From NCBI GenBank assembly GCA_965658725.1, contig CBFHUI010000002.1, positions 7,890-71,889 on the forward strand: a stretch of DNA of 64,000 bases. The letters run 5' to 3'. Below are positions 53,839 through 62,307 of the stretch, piece by piece; position 1 is the stretch's first letter; the number at the start of each line of letters is the position of its first letter. The notes below the pieces were generated by a model. That model made no database searches. It was not told where the DNA came from and saw nothing but the letters and a program-made list of their open reading frames with translations. The DNA is from Alphaproteobacteria bacterium (lineage in GTDB: Bacteria; Pseudomonadota; Alphaproteobacteria; UBA7985). The position numbers and the translations under genes are program-made.

Positions 53839-55176
53839 TTAAGCCAGCACAGGCTCGCTGATCGAAGCCGGCAGCTGCTTGGGCTTCTCGAACAGGCCGA
53901 GCACAGGCAGCAGCACCAGGAAGTAAGCGAAGTAGTACCCCGTGAAGAGGACTCCCCACTGCTGCGTCGATCCCCAAACGAACCCATTGGCCCCTTCAAA
54001 GCCGAGCGGAATACGGCCCAGCGGGGTTGGGATGAAGAACGCCTCACCCGACGTTTGCGCGCCAACCAGCGCGAGGATCAGGCAGCAGACCACAAAGCCC
54101 CAGAAGAAGAACTTGAACACCGGACGGAAGCGACCGGAGCGAACCGGCGAGGTGTCCAGCCAAGGCAGCAGGAACAGGATGCCCAGTGAGCCCGCCATGG
54201 CGAGCGCGCCCAGCTGCTTGCCGGTGATCACCAGACCGAAGATGTTCAGATCCCAGGTGAAGACCTTCAGGATCGCGTAGAACGGCAGCAGGTACCATTC
54301 CGGCACGATGTGAGACGGCAGGTTGTAGTCGGTCGGCTGGTTGTTGATCGCCTCTGCCAAACGCTCTGGAGCCCACGCAACAACGGCGAGGTAAAGCGTG
54401 AAGAAGACGGACAGGCCGAAAATGTCCTTGAAGGTGTAATACGGGTGGAAGGACACCGTATCTTTCTTGGACTTCAGATCGATGCCAAGCGGGTTGTTCG
54501 AGCCCACGGTCTGCAGCGTCAGAATGTGCAGGATAACCACACCGGCGAGCACAAACGGCAGCAGGAAATGCAGCGCAAAGAAGCGGTTGAGCAGCGCGTC
54601 GTCTACGTCTTCGCCCCCGCGCAGCAGGATCAGAATGTCGTCACCCAAGATCGGAATTGCGGTGAAGACCTGCGTGATCACTTCCGCTGCGGCAAAGGAC
54701 ATCACGCCCCAAACCAGCGAGTAGCCGAGGAAGGCAATGCCCATCATCAGGATCAGGATCACACAGCCCAAGATCCACAGCACTTCGCGTGGGGCCTTGT
54801 ATGAGCCGTAGTACAGGCCCCGGAACATATGGAAAATCACGGCAATGAAGAAGAACGATGCCCCGACCGCATGCATATAGCGTAGGAACATCCCGCCCTT
54901 TACGTCGCGCATGATGTGCTCAACCGAGCGGAACGCCTGGTTGATGCCGTACTGGTCTTCTTGCACCGACGGCTTGTAGTGCATGGCGAGGAACAGGCCG
55001 GTTACGATCATCACCACCAGCATGATGCCGGCGATGGAGCCGAAGTTCCACCAGTAGTTCAGGTTCTTGGGGTAGGCGTGGGCGGTCATCGAGTGATGCA
55101 CGGCACGCAGAATCGGGAGACGTTCGTCGAAGCCCTTGAGCAGGGGGTTCTTGAACGGTGAACGAGAGCCAGCCAT
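53839..55176 (-). CDS. petB: cytochrome b
   Basis: Conserved His ligands and the NYWWNFGS motif. Confidence 0.9.
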   Translation of the reverse strand: MAGSRSPFKNPLLKGFDERLPILRAVHHSMTAHAYPKNLNYWWNFGSIAGIMLVVMIVTGLFLAMHYKPSVQEDQYGINQAFRSVEHIMRDVKGGMFLRYMHAVGASFFFIAVIFHMFRGLYYGSYKAPREVLWILGCVILILMMGIAFLGYSLVWGVMSFAAAEVITQVFTAIPILGDDILILLRGGEDVDDALLNRFFALHFLLPFVLAGVVILHILTLQTVGSNNPLGIDLKSKKDTVSFHPYYTFKDIFGLSVFFTLYLAVVAWAPERLAEAINNQPTDYNLPSHIVPEWYLLPFYAILKVFTWDLNIFGLVITGKQLGALAMAGSLGILFLLPWLDTSPVRSGRFRPVFKFFFWGFVVCCLILALVGAQTSGEAFFIPTPLGRIPLGFEGANGFVWGSTQQWGVLFTGYYFAYFLVLLPVLGLFEKPKQLPASISEPVLA

Positions 55177-55181
55177 CGGAC

Positions 55182-55730
55182 TTAGGCCTCCTTACCAATC
55201 ACAATCATTTCGTCAGAAGCGAAGAAGTACTTCGGCACAGGCAAGTTCGCAGGCGAGGGGCCTTTCCGGATCCGGCCGGAGGTATCGAACTGCGAGTTGT
55301 GACACGGACAGAAGAACCCGCCGAACTCGCCCCGCTTTTCACCCGCAGCCGTGCCCTGTGGAGGGCAGCCCAGGTGTGGGCACTGCAAGCGCAGCACCAG
55401 CCACTCAGGACGCTGAACGCGCTCGGCGTCGGTTTCCTGATGGCGCAGGTTTTCACTGTCGCCCGCAACCGCAGCTTCAATCTCAGCAGCAGTCCGGCGG
55501 CGAACGGAGTATTTCTTCCGGCCCGCCGTTGCGACGATGCCTGAGCCTTCCGCGATGCCTTCAAGCGACACTTCGATCACACCGCCACCCGCGACATCGC
55601 GGGTTGGGGTCATGGTGCGTACCAGAGCCACACCGCCAGAGGCGACACCGATGCCAGCCATGGCCATGGTTGACAGCACGATGAAGTTTCGGCGATCCGG
55701 GTTTGCGACGTCGGTCGGCGTTCCAGCCAT
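55182..55730 (-). CDS. petA: ubiquinol-cytochrome c reductase Rieske iron-sulfur subunit
   Basis: CPHLGC and CPCHNS boxes. Tat-like N-terminus. SD AAGGAC. Confidence 0.85.
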   Translation of the reverse strand: MAGTPTDVANPDRRNFIVLSTMAMAGIGVASGGVALVRTMTPTRDVAGGGVIEVSLEGIAEGSGIVATAGRKKYSVRRRTAAEIEAAVAGDSENLRHQETDAERVQRPEWLVLRLQCPHLGCPPQGTAAGEKRGEFGGFFCPCHNSQFDTSGRIRKGPSPANLPVPKYFFASDEMIVIGKEA

Positions 55731-55957
55731 TGGCGAAGTCCTTCTACATTCATACTGAGCAGCACAGACCGAGACGGCGCAGGCTGCTTCGAGGCGGGGC
55801 AAAAACCGAGCGGTCTTTTGCCCCATTAATCCAGTTGTGAGACGGCTATACCCAAGCCCCTGTTTAGGGTCTAGCCCCGCTATTCGATAAGCTGTTATTC
55901 GAAGTTACTCACTAATCCACTGACACCCCCTTGCCTCACCCCGGAGGTGGACCGCTT

Positions 55958-56467
55958 TTGTCCTTGATTCAGCCCTCTATCGCCTTGTTTGAACCGGATA
56001 TTCCGCAAAACGCTGGGTCGATCATGCGCCTATGTGCCTGCCTTGATCTACCCATGCATATCATTGAACCCTGCGGCTTTTTGCTCGACGATCGCCGTCT
56101 GCGCCGCGCTGGTATGGATTATCTCGCCGGTGTCCGTCTCGACCGGCACGCAGATTGGACCGCGTTTGTAGAATCGACGACGGGTCAAGGCCGCTTGGTG
56201 CTTGCTTCCGCGCATGCTGAAACGCTGCTCCCCGACTTCCGCTTTGAACCCGGTGACATCATCGTCATGGGCCGAGAAAGCGCTGGCGCGCCGGACTATG
56301 TTCATGAGGCGTGTCAGCGTCGCGTGCGCCTGCCTCTGGTTCCGGGGCAAAGATCCATAAATGTTTCTCAGGCAGCGAGCATTTTTGCCTTCGAGGCGTG
56401 CCGCCAGCTGCAATGGTTCACCCACTTGGGAGACGACGACCGTGTCGAACACCGCGAACAACAGTGA
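55958..56467 (+). CDS. trmL: tRNA (cytidine/uridine-2'-O)-methyltransferase TrmL (SpoU family)
   Basis: [19 protein letters not shown] aligns with the E. coli TrmL N-terminus. TTG start; alternative TTG at 55931. Confidence 0.7.
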   Translation: MSLIQPSIALFEPDIPQNAGSIMRLCACLDLPMHIIEPCGFLLDDRRLRRAGMDYLAGVRLDRHADWTAFVESTTGQGRLVLASAHAETLLPDFRFEPGDIIVMGRESAGAPDYVHEACQRRVRLPLVPGQRSINVSQAASIFAFEACRQLQWFTHLGDDDRVEHREQQ

Positions 56468-56498
56468 AGACCTGCCCTGGTGGCGTGGCGCATCGGCC

Positions 56499-57365
56499 TT
56501 GCCCGATGCCAACGCGCTGAGCGCCCGGAAAACCCGCGCCGAAGACTGGTTCCGTAGCCTCCGCGACCGGATTTGCGCTGACTTCGAAGCGCTGGAGCAT
56601 TCCTGCGACCTCGACCACCCGCAAACCGCTGGCATTGCACCCGGTCAGTTCCAGCGCACGGCGTGGGACCGGCCCCAGGGCGGGGGCGGTGTCATGTCGA
56701 TCATGAAGGGCCGCGTTTTCGAGAAAGTCGGCGTAAACATCTCCGTTGTCTCCGGTACCTTTAGCCCCGAATTCGCCAAGAACATCCCTGGCGCAGCGGA
56801 AGACCCGACGTTTTATGCTGCTGGGATCTCACTGGTCGCGCACATGCACTCGCCGCTCGTTCCAGCCGTGCACATGAACACGCGGATGATCCTAACCACG
56901 AAGGGCTGGTTCGGCGGTGGAGCCGACCTGACGCCGATGCGCCCCCGCGCGAGCGATACAGCGCACTTTCACAGCACGTTGCAAAACGCCTGTGACGCGC
57001 ATCACGCCGATTACTATCCGGCCTTTAAGGAGTGGTGTGACCGCTATTTCTTCTTGCCGCACCGCACTGAGCCGCGCGGCGTCGGCGGGATCTTTTATGA
57101 TTATCTCGATACTGGCGATTGGGAGGCCGACTTCGCTGTGACCCGAGATGTCGGCGAAGCCTTCCGCACGGCCTACGTGCCGCTGGTCGAGCAGCACTAT
57201 CAGACGCCATGGACCGATGAAGATCGGCAACACCAGTTGTTCCGACGTGGCCGCTACGTCGAGTTCAACCTGCTCCACGATCGGGGCACTTTGTTTGGGC
57301 TCAAGACGGGCGGCAATGTTGATGCCATTCTGATGTCACTGCCCCCCGCCGTTGGCTGGGACTGA
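56499..57365 (+). CDS. hemF: oxygen-dependent coproporphyrinogen III oxidase
   Basis: The [25 protein letters not shown]... stretch aligns with the E. coli HemF N-terminus, which supports a TTG start; there is no in-frame ATG. Conserved [16 protein letters not shown] and GTLFGL motifs. Confidence 0.8.
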   Translation: MPDANALSARKTRAEDWFRSLRDRICADFEALEHSCDLDHPQTAGIAPGQFQRTAWDRPQGGGGVMSIMKGRVFEKVGVNISVVSGTFSPEFAKNIPGAAEDPTFYAAGISLVAHMHSPLVPAVHMNTRMILTTKGWFGGGADLTPMRPRASDTAHFHSTLQNACDAHHADYYPAFKEWCDRYFFLPHRTEPRGVGGIFYDYLDTGDWEADFAVTRDVGEAFRTAYVPLVEQHYQTPWTDEDRQHQLFRRGRYVEFNLLHDRGTLFGLKTGGNVDAILMSLPPAVGWD

Positions 57366-57368
57366 TCA

Positions 57369-57409
57369 CAAAAAAAGGCGACCCCGATCCGAGGTCGCCT
57401 TTTTTCTTT
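57369..57409. terminator. bidirectional intrinsic terminator between hemF and the LysR gene
   Basis: AAAAAA-ggcgacc-ccgatccga-ggtcgcc-TTTTTTCTTT. Confidence 0.65.
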
Positions 57410-57435
57410 GATGCTCGAGCGCAGGAGCGCGTCGC

Positions 57436-58323
57436 TTAGAACTGCGAGGCACGAACCTTTTCCAACAGGAAATCGCGGAAGACGTTGACGCGCTGGGTCG
57501 AGCGCAGTTCTTCCGGGTAAACGAAGAACGCCTGAAACGACGGGCCTTCGATCTCTGGCAGGACGCGAATGAGCTTGTCCCGGCCTTCAACCATGTAATC
57601 CGGGATCGCCGCGATGCCGGCGCCGGCTTCAACAACGTTGCGGATCGCGAAGATGTTGTTCAGCGACATGGCGGGACGACGCTTGCCGGTCTCACGGCCA
57701 GCCGTTTCCAGCCAGTTCAAGTCTGGAACCGGTGGGCGCGTGTCTGTGCCGAAGATGATGATCCGGTGCTGGTCGAGATCGGTCAGCGAGGACGGCGTAC
57801 CGTACTCATCCAGATACTCCGGTGATGCGTAGATGTGGCTGTGTGCCTCAAACAGCGGACGCTGGATCAGGTCTGGCTGATGCGGCGGGTACAGACGGAT
57901 CGCGATGTCAGCCTGACGCATGGACAGGTCGAGTTCCTTGTCCTCCAGAATCAGGTGCAGCTCGATTTCCGGGTACTTGGCCATGAACTCAGCCATGAGG
58001 GGGGCCAGCCAAGTGCTGCCGAGCGCGACAGTCGCTGTGACGCGCAGGTCACCAGACGGCGAGTCCTTAGAGTCGCGCAGACGCGCCTCGACCAGCGACA
58101 GTTTGCCAAACACCTCGTGCGCTGTGTTGTACAGCAGCTCACCCTGCTCCGTGAGGATCAGGCCGCGGGCGTGGCGATGAAAGAGAGTGGTGGAGAGGCT
58201 TTCCTCGAGCGCAGAAATCTGCCGGCTGACGGCGGATTGGCTGAGGTTGAGGTCTTCACCAGCGTGCGTGAAGCTCCCGGCTTCTGCGACTGCGTGGAAA
58301 ACGCGGAGTTTGTCCCAATCCAT
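57436..58323 (-). CDS. LysR family transcriptional regulator
   Basis: N-terminal HTH (LRVFHAVAEAGSFTHAGEDLNLSQSAVSRQISALE) and a LysR substrate-binding domain. Confidence 0.8.
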   Translation of the reverse strand: MDWDKLRVFHAVAEAGSFTHAGEDLNLSQSAVSRQISALEESLSTTLFHRHARGLILTEQGELLYNTAHEVFGKLSLVEARLRDSKDSPSGDLRVTATVALGSTWLAPLMAEFMAKYPEIELHLILEDKELDLSMRQADIAIRLYPPHQPDLIQRPLFEAHSHIYASPEYLDEYGTPSSLTDLDQHRIIIFGTDTRPPVPDLNWLETAGRETGKRRPAMSLNNIFAIRNVVEAGAGIAAIPDYMVEGRDKLIRVLPEIEGPSFQAFFVYPEELRSTQRVNVFRDFLLEKVRASQF

Positions 58324-58656
58324 GGGCAATCCTTCAAAACTCAATACAATTGGATAGATTAAAGCGTTAGCTCTGCCTTTTTTGCATGGCTTCATGCCCT
58401 GAAGTCAAACGTAAAACACCTTTTTGCGGGCCAAGTGTCATGTTTTTGTCAAGAAAGAACCGGTCGCTGCATCGCGAATCAAAGAATCGGGCCTGTTTTT
58501 CCCGAATATTGCAAAAGTGCTTTGCGCTGAGGCACTTATACTAAGGCGCTAATATGCTGGGTTTTTGGATGGTTTTCTTTGCTCATCCAAAAGAACAGGG
58601 TCAGAAGGCGTGCTCCTAACCCTGCTATAATTCTCAGTCGTGGTCGAAAAGACGGC

Positions 58657-59130
58657 TTAGAGGCTCAGAGCTTCCAGCGCACCTTCAGTATCATCGATTT
58701 CATTACCCGACAGGGCTTTCACCAAAGCGTAGACCCGGCGGCGGACGATGGGGTGGTTGATCTTGTAGTAAGACCGAACCAGCTCGAGCGTTTCGCGCTT
58801 GGCAAAGGGGTCTTGGCCGTCGGGTGTGTCGTGGTTGTGCTCGTTCTCGTCCGGGCGCTTACCGCCGATCACTTCGTCAGTCATACCCTCATAAAAATAT
58901 GAGACGGGGACGTCCAGGATGCGTCCGAGTTCATAGAGACGGCTCGCGGAGATCCGGTTGGTCCCGCGTTCGTATTTTTGGACCTGCTGGAAGGAAAGGT
59001 TCAGTTCATCACCAAGCGCTTCTTGCGACATGCCCAGCAAGGTGCGGCGAAGGCGCAGTCTCTCCCCAACATAAGCGTCAATGGCATGAGGGGATCGGGC
59101 AGAGACGCCCTTACGTGCTGCTTCGTTCAT
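58657..59130 (-). CDS. XRE-family helix-turn-helix transcriptional regulator
   Basis: Cro/C1-type HTH (RLRRTLLGMSQEALGDELNLSFQQVQKYERGTNRISASRLYELGRIL). No S24 peptidase domain, so it is not LexA. Confidence 0.7.
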   Translation of the reverse strand: MNEAARKGVSARSPHAIDAYVGERLRLRRTLLGMSQEALGDELNLSFQQVQKYERGTNRISASRLYELGRILDVPVSYFYEGMTDEVIGGKRPDENEHNHDTPDGQDPFAKRETLELVRSYYKINHPIVRRRVYALVKALSGNEIDDTEGALEALSL

Positions 59131-59411
59131 CTTTGAGTTCCATATTTACTGATGCGCGTGCACCTATCGGGTTAATCCCCTTGACCCGAAACGTGTTTGC
59201 GCCGAAAGACTTAACCTCTGCGTGCATCAGGCTTTAAAGCGTTCGCGCAAGTATTAGTCGTGCGACGTGTTAACCTTTGCACCCATGGGCCGCAACTACA
59301 TAGTTATATAAATTTGGATTGTGCGGTAAAAATTTTTTACTAAACACGCTCTATTTGAGGCTAAATTCTCTCTTTGGTGGGTTTATTGCGTTAAATTGAC
59401 TGTTGAAGGAA

Positions 59412-59500
59412 TATTTGTTCAATATTTTTTAGAACAAAGAAGCAACTTTTTATGTTGACCAAAGGCCGAATCGTTCAATACCTCTGGTGAGAACAAAGCG
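59412..59500. promoter_or_regulatory. two related palindromes (tTGTTCAATAT-N-AGAACAAAG) flanking a TTGACC -35-like hexamer upstream of imuA
   Basis: TGTTC-N11-GAACA at ~59416-59436 and CGTTC-N14-GAACA at ~59472-59495, seen in sequence. Confidence 0.35.
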
Positions 59501-59570
59501 TGGACAAAATTCTGAAGCCACAGCTTGAATGTGAACCAGATCTAAAGCGAGACGAGAGAGCGGCCAGCGA

Positions 59571-60614
59571 ATGCCCAAATTGCCCCCTGACTCCGGACTG
59601 GAGCGACCGACACAGACCCTGCAATCCCTGCGGGAGATGATTGCCCAAGTCGAACGCCGCCCGCCGCCTCGTCTGTCCCGCCCGGTTGCTGAGCAAGTGG
59701 CGACCGTGGGGGAGGAGCACCTGTCCTTTGACGTCGCCGATGTCGATGCGGCGTTGCAGGGTGGGCTGGAGTACGACGTCTTGCAGGAGGTTCTGCCCGC
59801 ACGCACGGAGTGGGACGACGGCCTGACGACGGCGTTCAGCGCCAGCTTGCTTGCCCGCCGGCAACAGCAGGACCAGCACCGCGACCCTGGCCGCAATCAA
59901 ACGTCCCCGCTGTTTTGGATCGCCCAGCACGATACCACTGGTGCCGGGCTTTCGGCGCAAGGGTTGGTGAGCATGGGACTGGACCCGCAAGCCCTGTGGC
60001 TGGTGACTGTTCGCAGTGATGCAGAAGCGCTCTGGGCCTTTGAGGAGATCCTCGACCATCCCGATGCGGTTGGGGTGGTGTGTGAGGTCTGTCATCTGGA
60101 ATTGGCGCAGTCGCACCGCATCAACCTCAAAGCTGCGGACACGGCGCGGGAGGATCGTGGCCGCTTGCTGATTGCGCTGCGTCGGCACAAGGGCGCGCGC
60201 CGCCCGCAGGCCAACCCCACTGCCGCCGCTACCCGCTGGCGGCTGGCGTCCATACCGCCGCATCTGCTGGCCCCCAATGGGGACGGCAAAGGCCGCACCG
60301 CCCCCACGCGTGAGTTGCGCCGCCCGGCACGCGATGCTGCTGCGCTGAGTCTTGGTCCGCAGGATGTCGGAGCGGCCGTGCATCCTTCGCTGCAGGAGGC
60401 TGCGGCAGACTTCATCCCACAAACCCCCTCACCCCGCAGCGCCGCTACCCCGCCTGCGGTTCACCATCCGCTGCGGCAGGTGCGCTGGCGCGCGGAAATG
60501 TTCCGTCAACGCGGGGGTGCCCCGGCGTCCTGGCTTCTGGAGTGGTCCTATGAAACGCATCGTTTCCGTCGTTTGTCCGAGCTTTGCACTGTGGGCACAG
60601 CCGCACCCAGTTGA
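59571..60614 (+). CDS. imuA: ImuA (SulA/RecA-fold) protein of the error-prone polymerase cassette
   Basis: Position and N-terminal similarity to ImuA (..DVADVDAALQGGL..), with a long Pro/Arg-rich C-terminal region. Confidence 0.7.
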   Translation: MPKLPPDSGLERPTQTLQSLREMIAQVERRPPPRLSRPVAEQVATVGEEHLSFDVADVDAALQGGLEYDVLQEVLPARTEWDDGLTTAFSASLLARRQQQDQHRDPGRNQTSPLFWIAQHDTTGAGLSAQGLVSMGLDPQALWLVTVRSDAEALWAFEEILDHPDAVGVVCEVCHLELAQSHRINLKAADTAREDRGRLLIALRRHKGARRPQANPTAAATRWRLASIPPHLLAPNGDGKGRTAPTRELRRPARDAAALSLGPQDVGAAVHPSLQEAAADFIPQTPSPRSAATPPAVHHPLRQVRWRAEMFRQRGGAPASWLLEWSYETHRFRRLSELCTVGTAAPS

Positions 60615-62307
60615 GCCGCAAGGTGCGGCGGCATCGGGCCAACCATGGGTTCTGACCGTTGAGCGCCGCAACCTCGTGGTCGTGCACGACGCCAACCCCG
60701 CTGCCCGCGCTGGTGGGGCGGTTCCGGGGCAGGCGCTGACCGATGCACGTGCACTGGTTCCCGGCCTGCGCTCCATGACTCTCGATCCTGCACGCGTGGA
60801 CCACGCCTGGCATCGGCTGGCGCACTGGTTGACCCGCTACACCCCACTGGTTGCCCTGGACCCAGCCAGCCCGCCGGTGGATCTGGGCGGTGCCGGGGGG
60901 TTCCTGCTCGACGTCTCAGGCTGCGCGCACTTGTTTGGAGGGGAAGAGGGGTTGATGACCGATCTGGCTGACCGCTTGCACCGCTGGGGCCTGCCAATCC
61001 GCGCAGCAATGGCAGACACACGGCTCGCCGCTTGGGGGCTGGCCCGGTACAGCGAGGCGCCGCTGACGTGCGTGCCTGTGGGGGAAACCCTACCTGCCTT
61101 GCGTGCGCTGCCAGTGACGGCGCTGAACCTGCCAGGCCGAACGATTGAAGCGCTTGACCGTCTCGGCTTGCGGCAGATCGGTGACGTGCTGCGGCTGGAT
61201 CGGCAGGCGCTGGGTCAGCGGTTCTCTGACAAAGTCTCTGCGCTGCAGGCGGCGCAGGATCGGGTGACGCCTGAACGCCTGCTCGAAGCCCTGGATCGCG
61301 CACTGGGCAAGCGCCCTGACGCGATCAACCCCTTGCTCCCTGCTGCATCTTACGCCGCGCGCAAGCTGTTTCATGAGCCGATCGGTACGGCGGCAAGCAT
61401 AGAACAGACGTTGGTGGACCTTATGGCCGTGGTCCTGCCCATGGTTAAACGTGCAGGGCAGGGGGTGCGGCAGGCGACTGTTTCGCTCTACCGCGTCGAT
61501 GGTCGTCGCCGGGACTTTCGGCTGCGCTGCCACCGTCCAACGCTGGATCCGGGATTGCTGCAACGACTGTTCAGTGAGCAGACCGAGACCCTCGACGTCG
61601 GCTTTGGGTTGGACGCCGTGGGCCTGTCGGTGCAGCGGGCCGAGACCATGGCTGAGAGCCAGGACAGTCTCCTCACCCACAGCGCTCCAGACCGCCATCA
61701 CCCGGTTCTGGACCGCCTGACCAACCGGCTCGGACCCCGCGCCGTCGCTCAACCCGGCCTGCGCGCACGCCACGACCCGCGTGAGGCGGAAGCGCGGCAC
61801 TGCGTGGAGCTTGCCAGCGGGCTCGGCGATGGGGGGCAGTCGGTCATCGAGCTCACACAGCAGCGCAGCGCCGCCGCACTGGATCAGGATTTGGGCGACC
61901 CGGAACTGGCGCGGGAAGCGGGTCTGAACCGCCCCGCTCAGCCGCGCCCGGTCGTGCTGCTGCCCGACCCCCAGCCGATCACCATCGAAGACCCGCACCC
62001 CTTCGCCAGCGGCTTACGCCCGCCCCGCCTGTTCCAGTGGCGGCGCCAGCGCCACCGCCTTGTGCGCTGGAGCGGGCCGGAGCGCCTGACCCCTGCGTGG
62101 TGGGACCGGCCCAATGGACATCTGGGCCACTTCAGCGATGACGCACGGTCCACTCCACTGACGAAGGACTACTTCCACGTTGAGGACGAGGAGGGGCGGC
62201 AGTTCTGGCTCGCGCGGAGCAGCAGCGGCCCTACAGCGCCCTTTGGTGACCGTACAGGGCAGGCGGCCGGGCGGACAGAATGGACGGTCGAGGGGCTGTT
62301 CGCATGA
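60550..62307 (+). CDS. imuB: ImuB, Y-family polymerase-like protein
   Basis: N-terminus MKRIVSVVCPSFALW and a UmuC-like palm domain. Overlaps imuA by 65 nt; its stop overlaps the dnaE2 ATG (ATGA). Confidence 0.8.
   Translation: MKRIVSVVCPSFALWAQPHPVEPQGAAASGQPWVLTVERRNLVVVHDANPAARAGGAVPGQALTDARALVPGLRSMTLDPARVDHAWHRLAHWLTRYTPLVALDPASPPVDLGGAGGFLLDVSGCAHLFGGEEGLMTDLADRLHRWGLPIRAAMADTRLAAWGLARYSEAPLTCVPVGETLPALRALPVTALNLPGRTIEALDRLGLRQIGDVLRLDRQALGQRFSDKVSALQAAQDRVTPERLLEALDRALGKRPDAINPLLPAASYAARKLFHEPIGTAASIEQTLVDLMAVVLPMVKRAGQGVRQATVSLYRVDGRRRDFRLRCHRPTLDPGLLQRLFSEQTETLDVGFGLDAVGLSVQRAETMAESQDSLLTHSAPDRHHPVLDRLTNRLGPRAVAQPGLRARHDPREAEARHCVELASGLGDGGQSVIELTQQRSAAALDQDLGDPELAREAGLNRPAQPRPVVLLPDPQPITIEDPHPFASGLRPPRLFQWRRQRHRLVRWSGPERLTPAWWDRPNGHLGHFSDDARSTPLTKDYFHVEDEEGRQFWLARSSSGPTAPFGDRTGQAAGRTEWTVEGLFA

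Noticed and set aside
59131-59570. Canonical alphaproteobacterial LexA box GTTC-N7-GTTC upstream of imuA.
   Set aside because: Not present on either strand. Only the longer-spaced TGTTC...GAACA palindromes were found, reported as a finding instead.
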